64,000 nucleotides of DNA from Leucoraja ocellata (taxonomy: Eukaryota): positions 1 to 64,000 of the forward strand of contig JAWMAR010003751.1 of the NCBI GenBank assembly GCA_036785375.1. Reading direction: 5' to 3'. Shown here piece after piece: positions 1-11,236 of the stretch. Under the pieces are notes generated by a model. That model saw nothing but the letters and a program-made list of their open reading frames with translations, was not told the DNA's origin and ran no database searches. Made by a program: the position numbers and the translations under genes. Numbering within the stretch: position 1 is the stretch's first letter; the number at the start of each line of letters is the position of its first letter.

Positions 1-307
1 ATACAATCACCGAAACAGATCACAGTTACTGAAGGCGGGACTGTGCGACTAAACTGTGCATTTGTTGGCGACACAATCAGTTCAATTGGGGCCATTAGTT
101 GGTACAAAGACGTGGAAACTCGTGCCGTTTCCAACACGAGCGGCGACTATTATGGTCGCGTTCTGAAAAATAATTCACCGGGAATTCTAAATGAATCCAT
201 CGACATCACTGACCTCAACATGAACGATACAGGAAGGTATTACTGCCGAGTGCGTGTTTTCACAGGGGAAATATATAATGGTCACGGCACAGATGTCACG
301 GTCACAC
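1..307 (+). CDS. Ig V-set (pre-joined VJ-type) exon V1 of an NKp30/NCR3-like receptor, unit A; 5' end outside the window; frame open
   Basis: Frame 1 reads IQSPKQITVTEGGTVRLNCAFVGDTISSIGAISWYKDVETRAVSNTSGDYYGRVLKNNSPGILNESIDITDLNMNDTGRYYCRVRVFTGEIYNGHGTDVTVT. It has the B-strand Cys, C-strand Trp, DxGxYYC and a J-like GxGTxVTV. Phase-1 donor C|GTAAGT at 307/308. By eye it resembles NKp30 (IGSVTWFRD...FRGRL...YVCRVEV...GNGTRLVV). Confidence 0.85.
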
Positions 308-434
308 GTAAGTTTGCGGTACATTAACTTTGTCTTTACTGTTCTAAAAAACATTCTCACACCGGCCACCACACGCCTGAACAACCGAGCTTTGTCAGTT
401 TAGATTTAGGCACAGAAATTCATTATATATTTGT

Positions 435-700
435 AAGCCATTTAGGACTGGGATGAGAAAACACATTTTCACCCAGGGAGTTGTGAATCTGTGGAATTCT
501 CAGCGTCATAAGGCAGTGGAGGCCGGTTCCCTGGATGCTTTCAAGAGAGAGTTAGATAGAGATTTAAAGATAGCGGAGTCAAGGGATATGGGGAGAAGGC
601 AGGACGGGGCACTGATTGTGGATGATCAGCCATGATCACAGTGAATGGCGGGGCTGGCTCGAAGGGCCGAATGGCCTCCTCCTACACCTATTGTCTATTG
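435..700 (+). mobile_element. CR1 LINE 3' fragment (paralogs ~22017-22320 and ~42277-42578)
   Basis: RKHIFTQGVVNLWNS...FKRELD (ORF2 C-terminus), GGGCCGAATGGCCT 3'-UTR hairpin and TATTGTC tail. Confidence 0.85.
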
Positions 701-1439
701 CCCACACCGGCCAACAATGTCCCAGCTACACTAGTCCCACTTGCCTGCGCCTGGTCAATATCCCACAAAACCTGTCCTATCCATGTACCTGTCCAACTGC
801 CTCTTAAACGATGGGATAGTCCCAGCCTCAACGACCTCTGGCAGCTTGCTCCATACACCGACTATTCTTTCCATCGAAGCGCAATCCAGTTCCTCCTTAA
901 TTCACATGCACGCTCCGCTCACTCCGACTCCTCCATATATCAGGGTAAATTACACCTGTTCATTCCCCTATCAGGACGCACGTCTTTGGGATGAGAGAGG
1001 AAGCAGTAACGTCCAGGGGTAACACAGGGAATAACACGGAGAACGTGCAAACTCCACACCGGCAGTCAGCATTGAGGCCGGGATACTGGCCCTCAGAGGC
1101 AGCAGCTGCTTCGGCTATTCCCTCAAGCAATCAAGGTGGAGATAAAAGGAACAGCAGATGCGGGGTTACAAACAAAAAGACACAAAGTGCTGGAGTAACT
1201 CAGCGGGCAACGCAGCATCTGTGGAGAACATGGATAGGTGACATTGTGGAATGCTGAAGAAGGGTGCCGACCTGAAATGTCGCCTATACACGGGGTTTGG
1301 AGATTGCATCCTTCACGTGGTCCGCCCTGTTTCGACGAATGCAATCAACCTGGTGTGCACAATCAAATAAGGTCAAATAGAACAAGTTGTCCAACAACTT
1401 TGGGCAATGTACGCCATACGCAAGGAGAGGAATCGTATA

Positions 1440-1883
1440 CATGTTCTCCACAGATGCTGCCTGACCCGCTGAGTTACTCCAGCACTCTGTGAAACATCAC
1501 CTATCCATGTTCTCCACAGATGCTGCCTGACCCGCTGAGTTACTCCAGCACTCTGTGAAACGTCACCTATCCATGTTCTCCACAGATGCTGCCTGACCCG
1601 CTGAGTTACTCCAGCACTCTGTGAAACGTCACCTATACATGTTCTCCACAGATGCTGCCTGACACGCTGTGTTACTCCAGCACTCTGTGAAACGTCACCT
1701 ATACATGTTCTCCACAGATGTTGCCTGACCCACTGAGTTACTCCAGCACTCTGTGAAACGTCACCTATCCATGTTCTCCACAGATGCTGCCTGACCCGCT
1801 GAGTTACTCCAGCACTCTGTGAAACGTCACCTATCCATGTTCTCCACAGATGCTGCCTGACCCGCTGAGTTACTCCAGCACTT
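1440..1883. repeat. 66-bp intronic minisatellite, ~6.7 copies
   Basis: Unit CATGTTCTCCACAGATGCTGCCTGACCCGCTGAGTTACTCCAGCACTCTGTGAAACGTCACCTATC. Confidence 0.95.
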
Positions 1884-2051
1884 TGAATTCTATGCAAGAT
1901 TCCCACATCTGTTGTTACTGTTCAGGCAACTGAAGTGTGCGAATTGATCTACGTTTACAATGACAGTGGGGACATCTCGGTGTATAAGAATGGAAGGAGA
2001 CAGAAAGAATCTGGGAAAGTAATTGGTGAACTTGATGTTTTATTCCTTCAG

Positions 2052-2209
2052 CCCGGATCCCTGTAGAAAGCCCTGCATGGGGATTACGTTGGCAGCTGCT
2101 GGTAATGGGAGTGAAACTTGCAATGTTCATTGTGATCAACGTTATAATAGTTTTCATCATCCGCTCATGGGAGTCTTGTGGATTTGCCAGCCGGACAAAA
2201 GAAGCCTAA
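2052..2209 (+). CDS. Stalk + transmembrane + short cytoplasmic exon, unit A (not in the ORF track)
   Basis: Acceptor TTTTATTCCTTCAG|. Phase-1 reading gives (P)RIPVESPAWGLRWQLLVMGVKLAMFIVINVIIVFIIRSWESCGFASRTKEA*, with a ~24-aa hydrophobic stretch containing Lys and Asn. Stop TAA at 2207-2209; donor G|GTAAGA at 2224/2225. Phase matches the V exon donor. Confidence 0.85.
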
Positions 2210-2335
2210 CAGGCTGGTCAAACGGTAAGATGATTGCCAGCTGCATGTGTGGGTTGTATTAGCAGCTGAGGTCACTGGACAATGGTGAATTTTATTGTCA
2301 CCTGCGAGGTGCCACCACAGTGAAAATATTTCCTT

Positions 2336-2820
2336 ACAAACCAAAACTTAACCATACTTAACCAAACTAAACTAAACTAAACTCAGCTAAACTCAGCTAA
2401 ATTAAACTTAACTTATCAAAACAAACTTAACTAAACTTAACTAAACCAAACTAAACAAAATAAACTAACCTAAACTAAAATAAATAAAATTAAAATAAAT
2501 TACACTAAACTAAACTAAACTAAACTAAACTAAAACAAACTTATCTAAATTTAAACAAACGAATCCAAAGCATAGCAAACGAATCTAAACTAAACTAAAT
2601 TAACCTAAACTAAACAAAGAAACGAAACTAAAATAAACTAAACTAAACAGAAATACTCTAAACGAAACGAAGCTTAACTAAACTAAGCTTAACTTAACTT
2701 AACTAGACAATAACAAACTTAACTAAATTTAAATAAACCAAACCAAACAAAATTAAACTAATCTAAACGAAACTAAACTAAACTTAAATTAACTTAAATT
2801 AACAACTAAACTAATCTTCA
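2336..2820. repeat. (CTAAA/CTTAA)n degenerate pentanucleotide microsatellite (paralogs ~8995-9285, 24132-24290, 44155-44700)
   Basis: Direct inspection. Confidence 0.95.
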
Positions 2821-2842
2821 ATACATTCAGTTCCATTGAAAT

Positions 2843-3175
2843 CCCACACTCCCTTGGCCACGCTCTCATTACACTCCTACCATCAAGTAGAAGATATCTG
2901 AGTCTGAAAACCGTGACCACAAGGTTCAAGAACAGCTTCTTCCCTGCAACTATCAGGCTCTTGAACATCACAGAAGACCAGGCTCAACTATGAACATGAA
3001 TGGACTTCCTTGTGTTGCACCAAGGATCTTGTATTTTCGTGTTTGCCCCAGATACACATTTATTTTTGGTTTTGTTTATTATATTTTATCTAAGTGTGTT
3101 GTATGTACAGGCCTGTTACGCTGCTGCCAGTAAGAATCCCATTGTCCGGTTGTCGGTACAACAAACTTAGATAAA
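2843..3175 (+). mobile_element. Rex1/Babar-like LINE 3' fragment (paralogs ~9310, 24316, 44726)
   Basis: Translates as ...HALITLLPSSRRYLSLKTVTTRFKNSFFPATIRLLN, typical of the Rex1-type ORF C-terminus. Confidence 0.6.
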
Positions 3176-3562
3176 ATATAATCAACAAAACCAACAACAA
3201 ATTTGTAACTAGTGCAAACCCTCTTGAATCTTGCAACGTAGACTTACTGCAACATAACAAAGGCGACATGACAGGGAAAACTAGACCGAACCTGGCCAGA
3301 AATAAGGAGCTCATACAGGACTTGGATGGTACATGGATAGGTGGGTTTAGTGTAGCTGAGACATGTTGGCCGGTGTGGGGAGTGTGGGCCATAAGATCCT
3401 GTTTCCACGCTGTATCACTCCATGACTCTATGACTAGGAGCTATGTGGACACATACTTGACAAGAACTTTAATAACAATAATGTAGTCAATTGTGTTCAA
3501 TGCTATTGATGTTTTTGTGCCTGTACATGTGGTATAATAATATATCTCTTTTATTTTCACAG

Positions 3563-3740
3563 ACCATAAGTGTTGAACTCCCTACATATTTGAATCAACT
3601 CATCCAACAGATCAAACCATGAAAAGCAAACTCATTACTGAATCAACATTAGCTCAGTCAGCTGTGGTGATACTGTTGTGGGCCATTTGGGATAATGTAA
3701 TTTGTGAAATCTTACACTCATTAAAACTCCACATTGCCTT
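3563..3740 (+). other. Terminal 3'-UTR exon of unit A with ATTAAA polyadenylation signal at 3720-3725
   Basis: Strong acceptor TTTTATTTTCACAG|ACC; non-repeat sequence conserved in four copies; ATTAAA followed by a U/GU-rich tract (CTTCTTGTTTGTT). The 3' end is approximate. Confidence 0.65.
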
Positions 3741-3805
3741 CTTGTTTGTTCGTTCCTGACAACAACAGATTCATGTCAGAGTGGTTACATTTCAAACGCA
3801 GACCA

Positions 3806-4158
3806 TTAGACAATAGGCAATAGACAATATTTGGTCTGCAGTGTACAAGCCCAGCCGCTCCATTCTCTCAGCACATAACATTCCCGCCATCCCTGGAATT
3901 AACCTTGTAAACCTACGCTGCACTCCCTCAATAGCAAGAATGTCCTTCCTCAAATTAGGGGACCAAAACTGCGGATAATACTCCAGGTGTGGTCTCACTA
4001 CGTCTCTGTACAACTGCAGAAGGACCTCTTTGCTCCTATACTCACCTCCTCTTGTTATAAGGGCCAACATGCCATTCGCTTTCTTCACTGCCTGCTGCAC
4101 CTGCATGCCCACTTTCATTGACTGATGAACAAGGACCCCCAGATCCTGCTGCACCTCC
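3806..4158 (-). mobile_element. CR1 LINE fragment (paralogs ~10274-10628, 25275-25618, 45689-46038)
   Basis: ORF 3792-4154: QVQQAVKKANGML...RPHLEY..QFWSP...VQRRFTRLIPG. Confidence 0.9.
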
Positions 4159-4169
4159 CCAAGCGTCTA

Positions 4170-4470
4170 TACCCTGTGAAGAAGCGTCTTCACCTGAAAC
4201 CTCACCAATTCCTTTTCTTCCACAGATGCTGCCTGACCCGCGGAGTTACTCCAGCTTTTTGTATCTATTTTCGGACAGTCCTCTTGTGTTCCATTTGCTG
4301 ATGGATCTCCCGGTTTCAAACCATTTTAACTCTCCTTCCCATTCCCACACCGACCCCTCTGCCCTGAGTCTCCTCCATTGCCTGAGTGAGGCCATTGGAG
4401 AAACTGGACCTCATTCTCCATCTCGGTAGCTTAGAACCCAATATTGAACTGTGAATTTTCTAATGTCAGA
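4170..4470 (+). mobile_element. Penelope-like element remnant (GIY-YIG C-terminal region plus degenerate terminal repeat); paralogs ~10640, 25630, 46050
   Basis: DLPVSNHFNSPSHSHTD...LSLLHC resembles the Penelope endonuclease 'PVAxHFN' motif; adjacent degenerate hammerhead-type repeat. Confidence 0.6.
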
Positions 4471-4796
4471 TCACGCCAGTTCAGGCGACAGTTCGAGCTC
4501 GACAAACGAATCTTCGACACCAAGGTGTCTCGGCCACAAGATGGCGCCACAATGGTGTGATTTGACAGAGATTGTTACAGGTTGTAATAATAGACCAATA
4601 ATGACACTTTGTTAATAGGATCTTGTTCATGTTCTTTATATAATGACAACAATTTATCGCTGAATGATGTGCGCTGGAAAGTTATTAAAAGTCCCGCTGT
4701 ATCCGAAACTGTAATAAGTCTCTTCTGTTACATGGATTGTCTGCAGAACAAAGCATTTCACTGCATCAAGGTACATGTGAGAATCAAGTGTCATTA

Positions 4797-5025
4797 GGGC
4801 GGCCCGGTGGCGCAGCGGTAGAGTTGCTGCTTCCAGCACTTTCAGCGGCAGAAACGCAGGTTCGTTCCCGACTACGGGTACTGTCTGTACGGAGTTTGTT
4901 CGTTCTCCCCGTGACCTGTTGTCTCCGAGATCTTCAGTTCATCCCACACTCCAAAGAAAAACAGGTTTGTAGGTTAATTGGCTCAGTATATATGTAAATT
5001 GTCCCTGTTTCCGCGCTGTTTCTCC
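4797..5025 (+). mobile_element. tRNA-derived SINE (HE1/V-SINE-like); further copies ~12061-12260, 20790-21090, 27031-27320, 41147-41448, 47437-47715, and minus-strand 41605-41740, 56480-56760
   Basis: A box GGTGGCGCAGCGG, B box GGTTCG(A/T)TCC and the conserved ...CCCACACTCCAAAGAC...GGTTAATTGG core. Confidence 0.85.
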
Positions 5026-7076
5026 AAAACATAGAAACATAGAAAATACGTGCAGGAGAGTCGAATGGCCTATTCGACCCTTCGAGCCAGCACCGCTATT
5101 CATTGTGATCATGGCTGATTATCCCCAATCAATGACCCGTGCCTGCCTTATCCCCGTATCCCTTGACTCCACTAGCCCCTGGAGCTCTATCTAACTCTCT
5201 CTTAAATCCATTCAGTGACTTGGCCTCCACTTCCCTCTGTGACAGGAAATTCCACAAATTCACAACTCTCTGGGTGAAAAAGTTTTTTTCTCACCTCAGT
5301 CTTAAATGTCCTCCCCTTAATTCTAAGACTGTGGCCCCTGGTTCTGGACTCACCCAACATTGGAAAAAAATTCCTGCATCTAGCTTGTCCAGTCCTTTTA
5401 TAATTTTATATGTTTCTATAAGACATCCCCTCATCCTTCTAAACGCCAGTGAATATAAGCCTAGTCTTTTCAATCTTTCCTCATATGACTGTCCCGCCAT
5501 CCCAGGGATCAATCTCGTGAATCTACGCTGCACTGCCCCAATCACAAATATGTCTTCCTCAAATTCGGAGACCAAAACTGTACACAATACTCCAGATTTG
5601 GTCTTTCCAGAGTCCTATACAACAGCAGAAGAACCTCTCTACTCCTATACTGAAATCCTCTTGTAATGAAGGCTAACATTCCATTAGCTTTCTTTACTGC
5701 CTGCTGTACCTGTAAGTCAACTTTCAGTGACAGGTGTACAAGTACGCCTAGGTCTCGCTGTACCTCCCCCTTATCTATCCTAACCCCATTGAGATAATAA
5801 TCTGCCCCCTTGTTTTTCCGCCAAAGTGTATAACCCCACATTTATCTATATTATACTGCATCTGCCACGCATCTGCCCACTCACTCAACCTGTCCAGGTC
5901 ACCCTGCAACCTCCTAACATCCTCTTCCCTGTTCACGCTGCCACCCAGCGTTGTGTCATCCGCAAACTTGCTAGTGTTGCTCCTAATTCCCTCTTCCAAA
6001 TCATTAATATATATGGTAAACAGTTGCGGCCCCAACACTGAGCCTTGCGGCACTACACTCGCCACTGCCTGCCAATCCGAAAAGGACACGTTCACTCCTC
6101 CTCTTTGCTCCCTGTCTGCCAACCAATTTTCTATCCATGTCAACACCCTACCCCCAATACCATGCACTCTAATTTTAGTCACCAGTCTCCCGTGCGGGAC
6201 CTTATCAAAGGCTTTCTGAAAGTCTAGATACACTACATCCACTGGCTCTCCTTCATTCATTTTACATGTCACATCCTCAAAAAATTCAGAAGATTAGTCA
6301 AGCGTGATTTCCCCTACATAAATCCATGCTGACTTGGACTAAGCCTTTTAGTGCTATCCAAATGCCCCATTATTACCTCTTTAATAATTGACTCCAGCAT
6401 CTTTCCCACCACCGAAGTCAGGCTAACTGGTCTATAATTCCCCGTTTTCTTTCTCGCTCCTTTCTTAAAAAGTGGGATAACATTAGCTATCCTCCAATCC
6501 ACAAGAACTGATCCTGAATCAATTGAACATTGGAAAATGATCACCAATGCGTCCACTATTTCTAGAGCCACCTCCCTGAGAACCATCAGGCCCAGGGGAT
6601 TTATCATCCTTCAGTCCCATTAGCCTACCCAATATTATTTCTCGCCTAATGAAATTTTATTTCGGTTCCTCTACCCCTGTAGATCCTCAGTCCTCCAGTA
6701 CATCTGGGAGATTGTTTGTGTCTTCCTTAGTGAAGACAGATCCGAAGTACCTATTCAACTCTTCTGCCATTTCCTTGTTACCCATAATAATTTCACCCGT
6801 GTCTGCCTTCAAGGGACCCACATTTGACTTTGATATTATTTTTCCCTTAACATATGCAAATAAGCTTTTACTGTCCTTCTTTACATTCCTGGCCAGCTTC
6901 CCCTCTTACTTGATCTGTTCAGCCCGTATTGCCCGTTTTGTTTCCTTCTGTTGTCCCATAAAAGTTTCCCAATCCTCTGGCTTCCGGCTACTCTTTGCTG
7001 CATTATACATTTTTCCTTTTAATTTTATACTAACCGTAACTTCTCTTGTCAGCCACGTTTGCCCCCTACTCCCCTA
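5026..7076 (-). mobile_element. Degenerate CR1 LINE, 3' ~2 kb of ORF2 (RT)
   Basis: VYLDFQKAFDKVPH, VPQGSVLGP, KFADD and NYRPVSLTS motifs across frameshifted ORFs; (ACATAGAA)n tail. Confidence 0.95.
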
Positions 7077-7776
7077 AGAATATGTCTTCCTTTTTGGACT
7101 AACTAAACTAAACTGGTCTAAACTGAACGAAACTGAACATTATTGAATCTCTGAATAGGTGACGTTTCGGGTGAGAGCACTTATTCAGACTTTGTGTCTA
7201 TTTTCGTAAACCAGCATTTGCAGTTCTTTGTTTCTACAATATATACAGTTGTTTCTGCTATAACTCGACGTTGCTTCTTGAAGCAACCTCGCCATTATGA
7301 CAATTGGAAACGAGGGTTTGGGCTCGAGTGTTTCTGAAATTAACTCTTAACCCCCAGACAATTCTCCAAAATAATGAGAAAATCCTTGAAAAAATACACA
7401 TATATATATAGCTTGCATATATATTTTGTATATATTTATATATATATAGCTTACATATATATTTTAGCTTGCAGTAATACAGATATATATATATATATAT
7501 ATATATGCTTCCACTATTCCACTATTCCACTGTATATATATATATCTGTATTACTGCAAGCTAAAATACTGATGTTACATTGTTAAATCGAATAGTATTG
7601 TACAATATATTGCTTGTAAATTTCAATAGCTTCCTGCAGCGAAACCGACAGCCTGAGTTCTTAAGAAAGAATGATCATTGATTACTACAGGGAGGTTACA
7701 TGGAAACAGTTTTTCGTTATTCCCGACTGTTTTTCCACAAGGCCGGTTTTTTTCCTGCATGTAAATTTGTATAATA

Positions 7777-8856
7777 CAGTGGCTTGCAAAAGTTTTACAA
7801 ACCCCATGAACTTTTCCACATTTTGTCACGTTACAACCACAAATGTAAATGTATTTTATTGGGATTTTATGTGATAGACCAACACAAAGTGGTGCAAAAT
7901 TGTGAAGTGGAAGGAAAATGATACATGGTTTTCAATTTGTTTTACAAATAAAAAACTGAAAAGTGTGGCATGCAAAAGTATTCAGCCGCCCTGAGTCAAT
8001 ACTTTGTAGAACCACCTTTCGCTGCAATTACAGCTGCAAGTCTTTTGGGGTATGTCTCTACCAACTTTGCACATCTAGAGACTGAACTTTTTGCCCATTC
8101 TTCTTTGCAAAATAGCTCAAGCTCAGTCCGATTGGATGGAGAGCGTCTGTGAACAGCAATTTTCAAGTCTTGCCAGAGATTCTCAATTGGATTTAGTTCT
8201 GGACTTTGACTGGGCCATTCTAACACATGAATATACTTTGATCTAAACCATTCCATTGTAGCTCTGGCTGTATGTTTAGGGTCGTTGTCCTGCTGGAATG
8301 TGAACCTCCGCCCCAACCTCAAGTCTTTTGCAGACTCTAACAGGTTTTCTTCCAAGATTGCCCTGTATTTGGCTCCATCCATCCTCCCATCAACTCTGAC
8401 CAGCTTCCCTGTCCCTGCTGAAGAAAAGCATCCCCACAGCATGATGCTGCCACCACCATGTTTCACAGTGGGGATGATGTGTACAGGGTGATGTGCAGTG
8501 ATAGTTTTCCGCCACACATAGCATTTTGCATTTAGGCCAAAAACTTCAATTTTGTTCTCATCTGACCAGAGCACCTTCCTCCACATGTTTGCTGTGTCCC
8601 CCACATGGCTTGTGGCAAACTGCAAACGGGACTTCTTATGGCTTTTTTCAACAATGGCTTTCTTCTTGCCAATCTTCCATAAAGGCCCGATTTGTGGAAT
8701 GCACGACTAATAGTTGTCCTGTGGACAGATTCTCCCACCTGAGCTGTGGATCTCTGCAGCTCCTCCAGAGTTACCATGGGACTCTTGCCTGCTTCTCTGA
8801 TCAATGCTCCCCTTGCCCGGCCTGTCAGTTTAGGTGGACGGCCATGTCTTGGTAGG
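7777..8856 (-). mobile_element. Tc1-family DNA transposon, left part (unit A)
   Basis: TA|CAGTGGCTTGCAAAAG TIR; transposase WSDE...[14 protein letters not shown]...[10 protein letters not shown]...[15 protein letters not shown] (DD34E). Confidence 0.95.
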
Positions 8857-8889
8857 CGGACAAAAGAAGCCTAACAGGCTGGTCAAACG
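8857..8889 (+). pseudogene. Orphan 3' remnant of the TM exon (truncated paralog A')
   Basis: CGGACAAAAGAAGCCTAACAGGCTGGTCAAACG|GTAAGA matches the end of the TM exon (2192-2224) and is fused directly to Tc1 sequence at 8856/8857. Confidence 0.8.
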
Positions 8890-10028
8890 GTAAGAGGAAT
8901 GCCAGCTGCATGTGTGGGTTGTATTAGCAGCTGAGGTCACTGGACAATGGTGCATTTTACTGTTACCTGCGAGGTGCAAATATTGTCCTTACAACCTAAA
9001 CTAAACTAAACTAAACTAAACTAAACTAAACTAAACTAAACTAAACTAAACTTAACTAAACTTAACTTAACTTAACTTAACTTAACTTAACTTAACTTAA
9101 CTTAACTTAACTTACTTAACTTAACTTAACTTAACTAAACTAAACTAAACTGAACACAACTAAACTAAACTAAACTAAAACAAACTTAACTAAATTTAAA
9201 CAAACCAAACTAAACAAAATTAAACTAATCTAAGCGAAACTAAACTAAACTTAAATTAACTTAAATTAACAACTAAACTAATCTTCAATACATTCAGTTC
9301 CATTGAAATCCCACACTCCCTTGGCCACGCTCTCATTACACTCCTACCATCAAGTAGAAGATATCTGAGTCTGAAAACCGTGACCACAAGGTTCAAGAAC
9401 AGCTTCTTCCCTGCAACTATCAGGCTCTTGAACATCACAGAAGACCAGGCTCAACTATGAACATGAATGGACTTCCTTGTGTTGCACCAAGGATCTTGTA
9501 TTTTCGTGTTTGCACCAGATACACATTTGTTGTTGGTTTTGTTTATTATATTCTATCTAAGTGTGTTGTATGTACAGCCCTGTTACGCTGCTGCCAGTAA
9601 GAATTCCATTGTCCGGTTGTCGGTACAACAAACTTAGATAAAATATAATCAACAAAACCAACAACAAATTTGTAACTAGTGCAAACCCTCTTGAATCTTG
9701 CAACGTAGACTTACTGCAACAAAACAAAGGCGACATGACAGGGAAAACTAGACCGAACCTGGCCAGAAATAAGGAGCTCATCCAGGACTTGGATGGTACT
9801 TGGATAGGTGGGTTTAGTATAGCTGAGACATGTTGGCCGGTGTGGGGAGTGTGGGCCTTAAGATCCTGTTTCCACGCTGTATCACTCCATGACTCTATGA
9901 CTAGGAGCTATGTGGACACATACTTGACAAGAACTTTAATAACAATAATGTAGTCATTGTGTTCAATGCTATTGATGTTTTTGTGCCTGTACATGTGGTA
10001 TAATAATATATCTATTTTATTTTCACAG

Positions 10029-10206
10029 ACCATAAGTGTTGAACTCCCTACATATTTGAATCAACTCATCCAGCAGATCAAACCATGAAAAGCAAACTCA
10101 TTACTGAATCAACATTAGCTCAGTCAGCTGTGGTGATACTGTTGTGGGCCATTTGGGATAATGTAATTTGTGAAATCTTACACTCATTAAAACTCCACAT
10201 TGCCTT
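10029..10206 (+). other. Terminal 3'-UTR exon copy (A'), ATTAAA at 10186-10191
   Basis: Near-identical to 3563-3740, acceptor intact. Confidence 0.6.
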
Positions 10207-11236
10207 CTTGTTTGTTCGTTCCTGACAACAGCAGATTCGAGTCAGAGTGGTTACATTTCAAGCGCAGACCATTAGACAATAGACAATAGACAATATTTGG
10301 TCTAAAGTATACAAGCCCAGCCGCTCCATTGTCTCATCATATGACAGTCCCGCCATCCCTGGAATTAACCTTGTAAACCTACGCTGCACTCCCTCAATAG
10401 CAAGAATGTCCTTCCTCTAATTAGTGGACCAAAACTGCGGATAATACTCCAGGTGTGGTCTCACTGGGGCCCTGTAAAACTGCAGAAGGATCTCTTAGCT
10501 CCTATACTCACCTCCTCTTGTTATAAGGGCTAACATGCCATTCGCTTTCTTCACTGCCTGCTGCACCTGCATGCCCACTTTCATTGACTGATGAACAAGG
10601 ACCCCCCAGATCCTGCTGCACCTCCCCAAGCGACGATACCCTGTGAAGAAGCGTCTTCACCTGAAACCTCACCCATTCCTTTTTCTCCAGAGATGCTGCC
10701 TGACCCGCGGAGTTACTCCAGCTTTTGTATCTATTTTCGGACAGTACTCTTGTGTTCCATTTGCCTGATGGATCTCCCGGTTTCAAACCATTTTAACTCT
10801 CCTTCCCATTCCCACACCGACCCCTCTGCCCTGAGTCTCCTCCATTGCCTGAGTGAGACCATTGGAGAAACTGGACCTCATTCTCCATCTCGGTAGCTTA
10901 GAACCCTATATTGAACTGTGAATTTTCTAATGTCAGATCACGCCAGTTCAGGCGACAGTTCGAGCTCGACAAACTAATCTTCGACACCAAGGTGTCTCGG
11001 CCACAAGATGGCGCCACAATGGTGTGATTTGACAGAGATTGTTACAGGTTGTAATAATAGACCAATAATGACACTTTGTTAATAGGATCTTGTTCATGTT
11101 CTTTATATAATTACAACAATTTATCGCTGAATGATGTGCGCTGGAAAGTTATTAAAAGTCCTGCTGTAACCGAAACTGTAATAAGTCTCATCTGTTACAT
11201 GGATGTCCATTCTACCGGTATATACACGTATGTGTC

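Noticed and set aside
261-330. Possible rearranging Ig/TCR V segments with RSS (CACAGGG inside the exon; CACAGTG at ~2317)
   Set aside because: No nonamer at 12- or 23-bp spacing. The J-like strand is already in the exon and followed by a splice donor, and no C1 constant exon lies between V and TM.
1373-1906. 177-aa ORF with 22-aa repeats (also 22904-23569 and 43255-43722); superficially CRISPR-like or a repeat protein
   Set aside because: Translation of a 66-bp minisatellite. There are no unique spacers, the context is eukaryotic, and it is antisense within an intron.
2023-2262. Cys-rich 79-aa ORF conserved in three units (MVNLMFYS...CMCGLY)
   Set aside because: Overlaps the TM exon in another frame and starts at GTG inside the intron. 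Conservation reflects recent duplication; the splice-phase-compatible frame is the TM one.
3090-3392. Minus-strand ORF with a hydrophobic stretch (LVTNLLLVLLIIFYLSLLY) repeated in four units as a possible TM exon
   Set aside because: Antisense to the receptor gene, built from A-rich and repeat-tail sequence, with no supporting splice structure.
4797-4875. tRNA gene
   Set aside because: The A and B boxes belong to a tRNA-derived SINE head that continues into the SINE core; multiple degenerate copies.
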